A DNA stretch of 64,000 nucleotides from Bacteroidota bacterium (GCA_005882315.1 VBAR01000003.1:252907-316906); one strand, 5' to 3'. Counted from the first letter of the stretch, positions 20,402 through 29,240 are shown. Translations and numbers: made by a program. Notes: generated by a model not told the origin, from the sequence alone.

Positions 20402-20852
20402 AATTAATTGTCCTGGCAGCGTTGGCTGTCGTGTTTTTTTGAACCGGTTAATGATATCTAATGTCTGCAGTGTTTAAAATTGCATAGAATGATCATCTGA
20501 GCATTGATAGTTAAAGCACAGCATAAATAAAATTAGGATTTGTTATAAACGGAATAGTTATAAAACTCTTTTAAAAGTTTATATAATTCACAGGTTTGGG
20601 CTGCGCGGAGACACTCAACAGGGCATTTGTTTTTGCAGATACTAATCGGTGCGAAGAAGATATTTTTAATAACCGATACCAGTTGTTGTGGTCGGATCAA
20701 TCATGTTGAACAAAATTTACAACATCATTTTTTTAAAATTGTAGAAACTATTCCCCAGCTACATCTAAATTGATATAAAAAACAGGCAAATAAAAGTTGG
20801 CCTGATTATTTATTTCTCTTTGGTAACATTTTTTTACATAAAAATAGTTTGT

Positions 20853-21122
20853 ATGAAAAAGATCAGAGTTAATCAGATTTATCGTTTTTGCCTGTTGCTT
20901 TTATTTAGCTGCATGCAAATATCAGTTTGGGCACAAGATGATGCCTCTTCAACAACAACTACAAAAACTACTAGTACTACTACTGAAACAGTATGGTATA
21001 CACAGCCATGGGTATGGGTAGTAGGCGGAGCAGTATTTCTCATCATACTCGTAGCGCTGCTAAAAGGAAGCTCTACCAGCAATACTGAATCAAGAACAAC
21101 AGTTATAAAAGATAACCGTTGA
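20853..21122 (+). CDS. small Thr-rich membrane protein
   Basis: The ATG at 20853 (MKKIRVNQ...) is preferred over the TTG at 20820. Signal/anchor segment, Thr-rich stretch (SSTTTTKTTSTTTE), one TM helix, and its own downstream hairpin. Confidence 0.5.
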   Translation: MKKIRVNQIYRFCLLLLFSCMQISVWAQDDASSTTTTKTTSTTTETVWYTQPWVWVVGGAVFLIILVALLKGSSTSNTESRTTVIKDNR

Positions 21123-21136
21123 TCAATGAATTTTTG

Positions 21137-21180
21137 AAGTGGGCAGGCTAAATGATATTTGGTCTGCCCACTTTATTTTA
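21137..21180 (+). terminator. hairpin terminator after the small Thr-rich protein gene
   Basis: Perfect 10-bp stem aagtgggcag / ctgcccactt (21137-21146 / 21164-21173) with a 17-nt loop, followed by a T-rich tatttta. Confidence 0.5.
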
Positions 21181-21229
21181 TAGCACTGGGAGCTCCAACA
21201 GATTTGCTTTTAAAAACTGCCTGTATAAT

Positions 21230-21925
21230 TTAACCTGCAAAACAGTAAGAGCATCCATGCTCCTGTGCACGGTTAATTGCCCATATGCCTGCAGGCATCA
21301 CTTTAATTCCGGGCAACAGACCACTCATCCAATCTTTTTTTACTTCCGCAGCATCCATGTTTAATGATTTTGCCACAACACCGCTGTAAACCGTTAATGC
21401 CATATCGCATACACAAAACAGAACACCACTTTCCTGTAACTCATTTATGCCGATTGGCACCATACCCACACCGGGAATATTATAATCGCCCTGTTTAGGT
21501 TTCCAAAACGGATTCCTGGTTGATGGTTTTTGTGTTTTAGGATCCTCAGCTTTAAACACTTCTCCAAAATTATATTTAGGCCATAAACGGTCTTCCATTG
21601 CATAACCAATTGCTGTATGACGGAGTACAACAACTACATTGCAATCCTTCTCATTTGTACCTGTAGCAGCATTTGTAACTAAAAATATTCTGGGCCACGC
21701 AAAAGGGAATATTCCGTTTGGTTCCGGAACATCAAACACAATCCTGTGTTTTCCTTTCAATTGTTTAAACCATTCATCGGGGTTGCCGGTATCCATATTA
21801 AAGCTATTATCTGCAAACCCGCTTACAGGATTAATAATAGTTGACAGACCCAAAGCGGCAGCACCACCTGCAATTTTTCCCAGGAAATCCCGGCGTGGAT
21901 TGTTTTCACCATTGTTGCTTTTCAT
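21230..21925 (-). CDS. Tat-exported hypothetical protein
   Basis: Twin-arginine signal NPRRDFLGKIAGGAAALG near the N-terminus. 231 aa. No catalytic motif recognised. Confidence 0.6.
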   Translation of the reverse strand: MKSNNGENNPRRDFLGKIAGGAAALGLSTIINPVSGFADNSFNMDTGNPDEWFKQLKGKHRIVFDVPEPNGIFPFAWPRIFLVTNAATGTNEKDCNVVVVLRHTAIGYAMEDRLWPKYNFGEVFKAEDPKTQKPSTRNPFWKPKQGDYNIPGVGMVPIGINELQESGVLFCVCDMALTVYSGVVAKSLNMDAAEVKKDWMSGLLPGIKVMPAGIWAINRAQEHGCSYCFAG

Positions 21926-22233
21926 AATTTAATTTTTATAGTTATGGTTAGTTAAACTGGTTCAACTGTGATCAACAATAGTTTGATCAATCAGTTGAAA
22001 TTTTGATTTACAAAATGAAAATAGGTGAGGGGCAGCGAGATAAAAGTAGGAGTTGAGTAAGTATACCTTCTTACTGCTTAAACTGCTTCTCTTCTTTAGT
22101 TGATGAGAATTTGATGATCAGAAACAGGCGGCCTGCCTGCTGGCATCAACCTGATGAGCAAAAAAATTACGTAACCATTTCTGGTTACGTAATAAATTTT
22201 TCGAAAAAGAAATATATGATTTTTGATGTGATA

Positions 22234-22431
22234 TTATTTTCCTGGCTTAAGCTCTCTAAACCATTTTTCAATTTCATCCTTTGCCTTACCTGTTTTTTGC
22301 TCTACTCTACCCCAAAATTGATCGTCCTTTCCTTCTTCATATTTAAGATCATCATCGGTTAAATTAGCATATTTCTCTTTCAATTTTCCTTTCAACTCAT
22401 CCCAATGACCTTTTATTCTTAGTGAGTCCAT
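22234..22431 (-). CDS. CsbD-family general stress protein
   Basis: 65 aa. [23 protein letters not shown]...[17 protein letters not shown] is the CsbD pattern. Confidence 0.85.
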   Translation of the reverse strand: MDSLRIKGHWDELKGKLKEKYANLTDDDLKYEEGKDDQFWGRVEQKTGKAKDEIEKWFRELKPGK

Positions 22432-22543
22432 AATTTTTGTTTTAATGATTAATAATAGGGTTGAACACTAGAATTGATTAAAAAACTGTGCCAGAGAATA
22501 CTGATTAAACAATGGTTGTTTAATAAAATCACTGAATAAAATA

Positions 22544-22572
22544 AAAAAGCCCGGCCTAAACCGGGTTTTTTA
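22544..22572 (-). terminator. hairpin terminator (A-run / stem / T-run, usable in both directions) after the 22589-23083 gene
   Basis: aaaaaag-cccgg-cctaaa-ccggg-tttttt, located 17 nt downstream of the minus-strand stop codon. Confidence 0.55.
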
Positions 22573-22588
22573 TTTTAATTAATAATTA

Positions 22589-23083
22589 TTACTTCATCGC
22601 TGTCTTATCGGTATTCATTTCTACTATTTCAGAAACACCATTTTTAATGAGCGTTACAAAATAGGATGTCATACCATTTGCATCCAGTTTCCTGGCAGTA
22701 ATACCAGCAAGTTCGTTGCCATATGTTCTGATCGCTGCTGCAATTACATCTTCCGGTACATAAGTATTTAGTACAGGTAATGCTACTTTAAAACTATTAT
22801 CACGACCGGGTTCCATATACCAGGGTTGTGTATTATAATAAACACGGGTCATCCTGTTATTATCAGTTGCATACGATGCATACCACCAATCAGCACTCAG
22901 CGGCATCCATCTTACTTCTGTCACTGTTGGATTAGCAGTTTGGAAATTTGTCCGTATTACAACCGGAACCTGGTTTGTATAATCAACAGTCGTGGTTGAT
23001 GTAGTTGTATACACCACCGGCTGTTGTGCACTTAATGTAAATACAGCCATCCCCATTATTGCTGCACAAAAGATCTTTTTCAT
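22589..23083 (-). CDS. hypothetical secreted protein
   Basis: The internal ATG (MKKIFCAAIMGMAVFTLSAQ, signal peptide) is preferred over the track start at 23110. Contains a TTTSTTT stretch. Confidence 0.55.
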   Translation of the reverse strand: MKKIFCAAIMGMAVFTLSAQQPVVYTTTSTTTVDYTNQVPVVIRTNFQTANPTVTEVRWMPLSADWWYASYATDNNRMTRVYYNTQPWYMEPGRDNSFKVALPVLNTYVPEDVIAAAIRTYGNELAGITARKLDANGMTSYFVTLIKNGVSEIVEMNTDKTAMK

Positions 23084-23366
23084 AAAATTCTGTTTTAATA
23101 AGTTAAACAATTTTGATTATTCATGCAGTAGGTAAACCAACAATGATGCCCTTGTTTTAACTCTGTTTTAATGCCACAGTTTGTGATAGTTAGCAAAGAG
23201 AAGTTGAAACATATTTAAGCTAGGGGATAAACATCAAAAAAATAATGTGGATTGTTTTGCAAGTTCCGATAAGTAACGACACGCAATGGGGTTTTTTGCG
23301 GATACTAACCGAGGCTGAGTAAATTATAATTGTAACAGAGATTCGTCAGCAAATAAGCTTCATTAT

Positions 23367-23777
23367 TTATTTAGCAGGCCGCTGTATTGAAATGATCTTA
23401 TCGACAACAAAATGACTATAACCCCTCCAGGGAAGAGCTCCATTATATTCTTTATAATGCAGGTCAAAATGTTCCCCACTATTGTTCATTAAGGTCGTTG
23501 CAATACTATCGTCAGTAACTGAAAATTCAAATTCGTAAGATTGTATGCCTCCTGGGGTAGTTGTACGAAATCCTGATTGAATCAGTTTGCCTTCAAAAGT
23601 TTTAAAAATATATCCCTTCTTTACTAAATAATTCAGTTCTCCGGATTTCACACCTTCGCCAAAGACAAAGTAATATTTCCACCAAATAAGAATTATCAGC
23701 GATACGATAACAATTCCTAATAGCCACCCTAAAAATTTTTTAAACGGGCTTTTTCTTTTTGGTTGTATTTCTTCCAT
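23367..23777 (-). CDS. membrane-anchored hypothetical protein
   Basis: 136 aa with a single N-terminal TM helix (FLGWLLGIVIVSLIILIWW). No recognised motif. Confidence 0.6.
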   Translation of the reverse strand: MEEIQPKRKSPFKKFLGWLLGIVIVSLIILIWWKYYFVFGEGVKSGELNYLVKKGYIFKTFEGKLIQSGFRTTTPGGIQSYEFEFSVTDDSIATTLMNNSGEHFDLHYKEYNGALPWRGYSHFVVDKIISIQRPAK

Positions 23778-24010
23778 ATTATGAAAGTACGAAATTGTAT
23801 TATGACAGAGTAGTTATTTCGAGGCAATGTTCATTTTCTTATACTTGATGCCCGCATCGTGTTGACGATGCCTCCATGCATTAGTTTGTTCCGTTGCGTG
23901 AGGACATACAGCAGGATATCAATAAACAGGATTAAAAAATTTAGCCACTGGATATACTTAGCCTTAAAAATTGTTTGAGACCCGAATAGAATTAACTTAA
24001 GAAGGATGGA

Positions 24011-25144
24011 TTATGTAATTAATTTTTTGGCTGCCTTCTTTAATGCTTCAATATCCTTCTCTGTACAATCAACATAACTATAGATTCCCATTATCAATGG
24101 CAGAGCAGTATCTTTCATAAAATACACTGTCTGAATATTGGATTTTTTTGTGTTATACTCCAATAGCTTGGCACATTGAAATTCATCCCAGCAAACCGGT
24201 GATTGAGAATAGTCAGGGCTGAGAATAGCTACAAATTTTTCTGATTGCCCGATTGCATCCGAAATCATTTTCAACCATTGCCCGCCAACCGGTATACTAT
24301 CCTTATCATAAAAAATATTCAGCAGCGGGTTTTGTTGCTTCATCGTTTCAACAAACTCATCCACTTCCTGTTTTTGCTTGTGTGCATAGCTGATAAAAAA
24401 ATCATAGCCAGTTCGGGGTTCTATGAATGTTCTTCCCCCTCCACCATTCCCAACACCGCTGCCACCAGCATCTTCACTTGCTCCGTCACCGCCTCCATCA
24501 TAACCAGCTTCTTCAGGTGCAGGCATGATGAGATCTTTATCATTATAATCGATGAGGTCATTTTTATTTTCTTTAAATGACTCAAATATCTGTAACGATC
24601 TTTCGGCATCATGATCGTTGTATACAACAATGTCAATTGATTCAACAGGCAGGCCCTGTTCTAACCAGAAAAAAGCAGATTCTAGGATAGAAGGAAACAT
24701 TTCCTCAAACGGCGCACTTTGATTACCTGTTGCCAGCAAAGGCATTGCAACACGATTGATCTCTTCATCAAAGGCAAAATTGTTAATACAACGAAACAAG
24801 CTGCTCACTACTTCCCAGGGATTATGTGATTGGGTTTTGGGCTCAAAACAAAGGATTCGTTTGAAATTAAAATAAGCCTGCTGCTCTGCTGTTAGTGGTT
24901 GTGATAGCCAGCACCCTAGTGAGCTACGGAGGTCTTGTGCTTTGTTTTTTGCAAGTAAACCAACATCAAGTCCTTTACTATAAAAGTTACCTACCAATGT
25001 ATTAAGATATGGCTCGTAGTTGTTTGGGAATGCGGAAACAACTACTATATCTGCCTTATCGGTTGGAGGAATTTTAGTCAGATCACCATGTATCAGTGAT
25101 AGTTTTGAATTACTAAATTCTATTTGTGAAAGAAATTTATACAT
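24011..25144 (-). CDS. macro-like domain :: Gly-rich linker :: TIR domain fusion protein (candidate NAD-targeting immune effector)
   Basis: C-terminal TIR (aa ~246-377): YDFFISYAH and FVAILSPDYSQSPVCWDEF (catalytic-Glu block, E321). N-terminal aa ~10-185 shows macro-fold motif order: LIHGDLTK..ADIVVVSAF ... RVAMPLLATGNQSAPFEE ... IDIVVYND. The linker is EEAGYDGGGDGASEDAGGSGVGNGGGG. The TIR call is confident. The macro call is motif-based only. Confidence 0.8.
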   Translation of the reverse strand: MYKFLSQIEFSNSKLSLIHGDLTKIPPTDKADIVVVSAFPNNYEPYLNTLVGNFYSKGLDVGLLAKNKAQDLRSSLGCWLSQPLTAEQQAYFNFKRILCFEPKTQSHNPWEVVSSLFRCINNFAFDEEINRVAMPLLATGNQSAPFEEMFPSILESAFFWLEQGLPVESIDIVVYNDHDAERSLQIFESFKENKNDLIDYNDKDLIMPAPEEAGYDGGGDGASEDAGGSGVGNGGGGRTFIEPRTGYDFFISYAHKQKQEVDEFVETMKQQNPLLNIFYDKDSIPVGGQWLKMISDAIGQSEKFVAILSPDYSQSPVCWDEFQCAKLLEYNTKKSNIQTVYFMKDTALPLIMGIYSYVDCTEKDIEALKKAAKKLIT

Positions 25145-25356
25145 GTCAGGCTGTTTTAATTATTTGGTATGACAACTGAATGTGGTGATGAGCTATTTCA
25201 TATGGAAATTAGCAAAAAATATATCATTCAAAGAGTGGTTTAGATAAATACTCCTTTAGTAGTATCACCAGTTTCAGTTCGCAGAAGTTCGTGACTTTTA
25301 TTTTCGGACCATAATCGAGATGAAGTGTTAAGAAAGTTTGATGTAATAGCGGAGTG

Positions 25357-25430
25357 TCAGGCTGAGCTTGTCGAAGCCCTGATGAGTTTTTGTACAAATG
25401 CTGTGCAACCCTTCGACAAACTCAGGGTGA
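25357..25430. repeat. imperfect palindromic intergenic element (REP-like)
   Basis: Arm 1 is tcaggctgagcttgtcgaag (25357-25376). Arm 2 is cttcgacaaactcagggtga (25411-25430), whose reverse complement matches arm 1 at 17/20 positions. The spacer is 34 nt. The arm sequence resembles a motif I recall recurring in Bacteroidota intergenic regions. Confidence 0.7.
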
Positions 25431-25465
25431 AAGAACTATGTTTTATTCAATGTCTCATTGTTGAC

Positions 25466-25534
25466 GAATAGAATTCCCGAACGTACAAGAGTGCGACGCA
25501 ACGAAAGCCTAATAGTAGCAATACAGCTAAGAAC
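25466..25534 (+). repeat. dispersed 69-nt repeat, copy A (upstream of smc)
   Basis: An ungapped hand alignment with the reverse complement of 51066-51134 gives 55/69 identities. This includes a 20/20 core, GTACAAGAGTGCGACGCAAC. Confidence 0.8.
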
Positions 25535-25654
25535 CCAAAATATCCAATATCCCAATCCCCAATTCTACCCGCACATCTGTGTATAACTCTAACAATTCCA
25601 AAACTCTAATTCCGCTGTTTTCCTCCTATATTCGCCGCATTAAACCCATTAAAA

Positions 25655-28600
25655 GTGAGATTAAAATCCCTTGAAATCAAAGGCTTTAAAAGCTTCGCCG
25701 ATAAAACCGTTGTAAGATTTGACGAAGGCATAACGGGCATTATCGGCCCCAATGGCTGTGGCAAAAGCAATATTGTGGACAGCATCCGCTGGGTAATTGG
25801 TGAGCAAAAGATCAGCCACCTGCGTAGCGAAAACCTTGAGGCGCTGGTTTTCAATGGCTCCAAAACCCGCAGTGCAAGCGGCCTTGCCGAGGTAAACCTA
25901 ACTTTCGAGAATACCAAGAACCTGTTGCCGACAGAGTTCAATACCGTTACCATCACCCGTAAATTTTATAAAAGCGGCGAGAGTGAGTACCGCCTGAATG
26001 ATGTGCAGTGCCGCCTGAAGGATATCCAGAACCTGTTTATGGATACGGGTATCAGCACCGACAGCTATGCGATCATCGAGCTGGGCATGGTGGATGACCT
26101 GATCAAGGACAAGGACAATAGCCGCCGCCGGATGCTGGAGCAGGCTGCCGGTATTTCCATTTATAAAACAAGAAAGAAAGAGGCCAAGGCTAAATTGGAA
26201 GCTACCGAGCAGGACCTTGCGAGAATCGAGGATCTGCTTTTTGAGATCAATAACCAACTGAAAAGTCTGGAGAGCCAGGCTAAGAAGGCTGAGAAATACC
26301 ACGAGATCAAAAAAGAGTATCGTGAAGTGAGTATTGAGCTGGCTAAAGCTGCGCTTGAAGGTTTTAATATTTCTTACAAAGAACTAAACCTGCAGCATGA
26401 TGAAGAAACCGATAAAAGACTGAAAGCTGAAACAGAAATAAAAAGTGAAGAAGCAAGACTCGAAGCAGAACGTTTATCGCTGATCGAAAAAGAAAAAGAA
26501 TTGCAGCAGATGCAACATGTGTTTAATGAAATGTTGCAATCGGTACGTTCAAAAGAAAATGAAAAGAATCTTTCTGCACAACGTATATCACACTTAAAAG
26601 AAAAAGAAAATAGCCTGCGTGAATTTTTGACTAAAGCAGGCGGCCAGCAAAAAGGAGTAGAGGAAGGAATTCAATTTACCACTACACAGTTGCAGGAAGA
26701 AGAGAAACGCTTTATGCAATTGCAGGAAGAACTGGGACAATTACGTACAGCTGCTGATGAAAAAAGAAATGTACTGGATGAAAAAAGAAAAGCTGTTGAA
26801 CAGGTTCGTAATGAGCAGCAGCAAATTCAGCGTAGCCAGTTTGATGCAGAGAAGAAAGTTGCTGTTGCAGATAGTTCTGTAAATAATCTTCAGCGTTTAA
26901 TAGGACAGATAGAAGAAGAAAGAAAACATAGGGAAGAACACCGTCATCATGTAGACCAGGAAAGAATACTGAAAGAAAAAGAACTGGGCATAAAGAAAGT
27001 GGACCTGGAGCAATTGCAACAGCATAATGAAAACACTAAAGACCAGATCTTACAAACACAATCAGTGTTGGATGTGTTGCGCAATAAACTGGCAGAAGAA
27101 AGCCGCAAGCTGGATGCTAAAAAGAATGAGTATGATCTGTTGAAGAGTATGATCGATTCAATGGAAGGCTATCCAGACAGCGTAAAATTTTTACATAACA
27201 ATCCCCTGTGGACAGATAATTCACCGATACTTTCTGATATTCTTTATGTAAAAGAAGAATATCGTACAGCATTAGAGAATGTGCTGGAGCCTTACCTGAA
27301 TTATTATATTGCCGATAACCTGCACGCAGGTTTGTATGCAGTCGGTTTATTAGAAGAGCATAAAAAAGGAAAAGCGAATTTCTTTTTGTTAGACAAATTT
27401 GAAACGAATAACACGAATGAACACCAATTGGAAGGTGGTATTCCTGCATTATCGGTTGTTGAAGTAGATGAAAAATATAAGGGATTAGCAGAACATTTAT
27501 TGGGTAATGTATTTATTGCCGATAATGAAGAAGTGTTACAGAACAGCAATGGTTTTGTAGTAATTGAAAAGAATGGCCGTTATGTAAAAGGGAAATATTC
27601 TTTAACAGGTGGCAGTGTTGGTTTGTTTGAAGGAAATAAGATCGGCCGTGTAAAGAACCTTGAAAAACTGAATGAAGAAATAAGAAAGCAGGAAGCAGTT
27701 GTAGAAGTGCTGCGTGCAGATATCCAGGCGAGGCATAATGAAGTGATCGCTTTCAATGAAGATCTGCGTGAGTCAGCTATCCGTGAGACGGATGTTGAAA
27801 TTTCACAACTCACTAACCAGGTATTTGCCCTGCATAATAAACTGGAGAATCTTCATTCGATGCAGAATAATAGCCAGCATCGTTTGGAAGAACTGAACCT
27901 GCAGATGCAGCAAACGAATAGTTCGGTAGAAGGTGTAAGAAAATCTCTTACCGATTATTTGCAACAATTAGAAGTAGTAGGAGTGAGGCTGAGTGACGCA
28001 GATGAAACATTTAAAGCCGCTGAAGCGGATTATAATACTGCGAATACTGCTTATAATGAATTCAATCTTTCTGTTACCCGCCAGCAAAGTAAGATCAGTT
28101 CGCTGAAGCAGGAACTGGAGTTTAAGAATAACCAGTTGAATGATCTTAACCAACAGATCGAGATCAATACGGGTTCACTGAATGAAACAATACAAAGCCT
28201 TGAGCAATCTGAAGCTGAGTTGAAAGAAATAGAAGATCAGTTATTCCAACTGATGCATAGCAAGGAAGATGAAGAAAAGAAACTAAATGAAGCAGACCAG
28301 GCTTATTATAATTTCCGTAATGCACTGAATGAAAAAGAAAGCGAACTGCGCCATAAGCTGAAGGAAAAAGAAATGATGGAGCATTTGCTCGGCGAAATAA
28401 AAGATAGACTGAATGAACTGAAACTACAATTGGCAGGAATGAAGGAACGAATGCATGTAGAGTTCCGCATCAATATTGAAGATATTATTGATGAACCAAG
28501 AACAGGAGATACACCGGCGGAAGAGTTGCAGGAGAAAAGTGACAAGATGAAAAAACGTTTGGAGAATCTTGGTGAAGTGAATCCTACGGCAATTGAAGCA

Positions 28601-29176
28601 TTCACTGAAATGAAGAAGCGTTATGATTTCATCACGGAACAAAAGAGCGATTTGGTGACTGCTAAGGATAGTTTATTAAAAACGATAGAAGAAGTAGAAT
28701 TAACGGCTAACCAGAAATTCTTAGATACATTTAATACTGTAAGAGAACATTTCCATAAGGTTTTCCAAACCCTGTTTACATCAGATGACCAGTGTGATCT
28801 TGTTTTGGAAAATCCTGATAACCTCGCTGAAACAGGAATTGATGTAATTGCAAAACCTAAAGGCAAACGTCCAACATCACTTACCCAGCTGAGCGGTGGT
28901 GAAAGAACATTGACAGCGACAGCATTGTTGTTTGCGATCTACTTAATTAAACCTGCCCCATTCTGTATACTCGATGAGGTTGATGCCCCGTTGGATGATG
29001 CGAATGTGAGCAAGTTTACCAATATGATCCGCCAGTTCAGTGATAACTCACAGTTCATCATTGTAACCCACAATAAAATGACAATGAGTACGGTTGATGT
29101 TATTTATGGTGTAACTATGCAGGAGCCGGGAGTTAGTAAGTTGGTGCCGGTGGATTTTAGGAACCTGGAGAATTAG
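25655..29176 (+). CDS. smc: chromosome segregation protein SMC
   Basis: 1173 aa with a GTG start. Walker A GPNGCGKSN, long coiled-coil arms, hinge, signature LSGGERTLTA, Walker B ILDEVDAPLDD. Confidence 0.95.
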   Translation: MRLKSLEIKGFKSFADKTVVRFDEGITGIIGPNGCGKSNIVDSIRWVIGEQKISHLRSENLEALVFNGSKTRSASGLAEVNLTFENTKNLLPTEFNTVTITRKFYKSGESEYRLNDVQCRLKDIQNLFMDTGISTDSYAIIELGMVDDLIKDKDNSRRRMLEQAAGISIYKTRKKEAKAKLEATEQDLARIEDLLFEINNQLKSLESQAKKAEKYHEIKKEYREVSIELAKAALEGFNISYKELNLQHDEETDKRLKAETEIKSEEARLEAERLSLIEKEKELQQMQHVFNEMLQSVRSKENEKNLSAQRISHLKEKENSLREFLTKAGGQQKGVEEGIQFTTTQLQEEEKRFMQLQEELGQLRTAADEKRNVLDEKRKAVEQVRNEQQQIQRSQFDAEKKVAVADSSVNNLQRLIGQIEEERKHREEHRHHVDQERILKEKELGIKKVDLEQLQQHNENTKDQILQTQSVLDVLRNKLAEESRKLDAKKNEYDLLKSMIDSMEGYPDSVKFLHNNPLWTDNSPILSDILYVKEEYRTALENVLEPYLNYYIADNLHAGLYAVGLLEEHKKGKANFFLLDKFETNNTNEHQLEGGIPALSVVEVDEKYKGLAEHLLGNVFIADNEEVLQNSNGFVVIEKNGRYVKGKYSLTGGSVGLFEGNKIGRVKNLEKLNEEIRKQEAVVEVLRADIQARHNEVIAFNEDLRESAIRETDVEISQLTNQVFALHNKLENLHSMQNNSQHRLEELNLQMQQTNSSVEGVRKSLTDYLQQLEVVGVRLSDADETFKAAEADYNTANTAYNEFNLSVTRQQSKISSLKQELEFKNNQLNDLNQQIEINTGSLNETIQSLEQSEAELKEIEDQLFQLMHSKEDEEKKLNEADQAYYNFRNALNEKESELRHKLKEKEMMEHLLGEIKDRLNELKLQLAGMKERMHVEFRINIEDIIDEPRTGDTPAEELQEKSDKMKKRLENLGEVNPTAIEAFTEMKKRYDFITEQKSDLVTAKDSLLKTIEEVELTANQKFLDTFNTVREHFHKVFQTLFTSDDQCDLVLENPDNLAETGIDVIAKPKGKRPTSLTQLSGGERTLTATALLFAIYLIKPAPFCILDEVDAPLDDANVSKFTNMIRQFSDNSQFIIVTHNKMTMSTVDVIYGVTMQEPGVSKLVPVDFRNLEN

Positions 29177-29214
29177 TTTTAAGTAATAAGTTTTAGGTTA
29201 TAAGTAAATATTTG

Positions 29215-29240
29215 AGTCCCGCTTTAGCGGGACTTTTTTT
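29215..29240. terminator. bidirectional rho-independent terminator between smc and the response-regulator gene
   Basis: agtcccgc / ttta / gcgggact followed by tttttt. It abuts the minus-strand stop codon at 29239-29241. Confidence 0.7.

Noticed and set aside
23367-23777. Whether the small membrane-anchored protein downstream of the TIR gene is its functional partner (a two-gene system)
   Set aside because: It lies 233 nt away, beyond the left copy of the 11-nt direct repeat. It has no recognisable effector or sensor motif and looks like a conserved housekeeping hypothetical. The link is unsupported but not excluded, and co-occurrence analysis would decide it.
24431-24532. GGN/GCC-rich low-complexity DNA. 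Similar runs occur at 51475-51504 and 58624-58644.
   Set aside because: These are in-frame poly-Gly or Gly-rich linkers within three separate CDSs, not microsatellites or shared mobile sequence. The three runs are not alignable beyond codon bias.
25898-26302. 134-aa minus-strand ORF. Also 25606-25956 and several 60-110-aa minus-strand ORFs between 27117 and 28866.
   Set aside because: All lie antisense within smc, whose full-length SMC motif set is intact. Long antisense ORFs are expected opposite the Glu/Lys-rich codons of coiled-coil regions.
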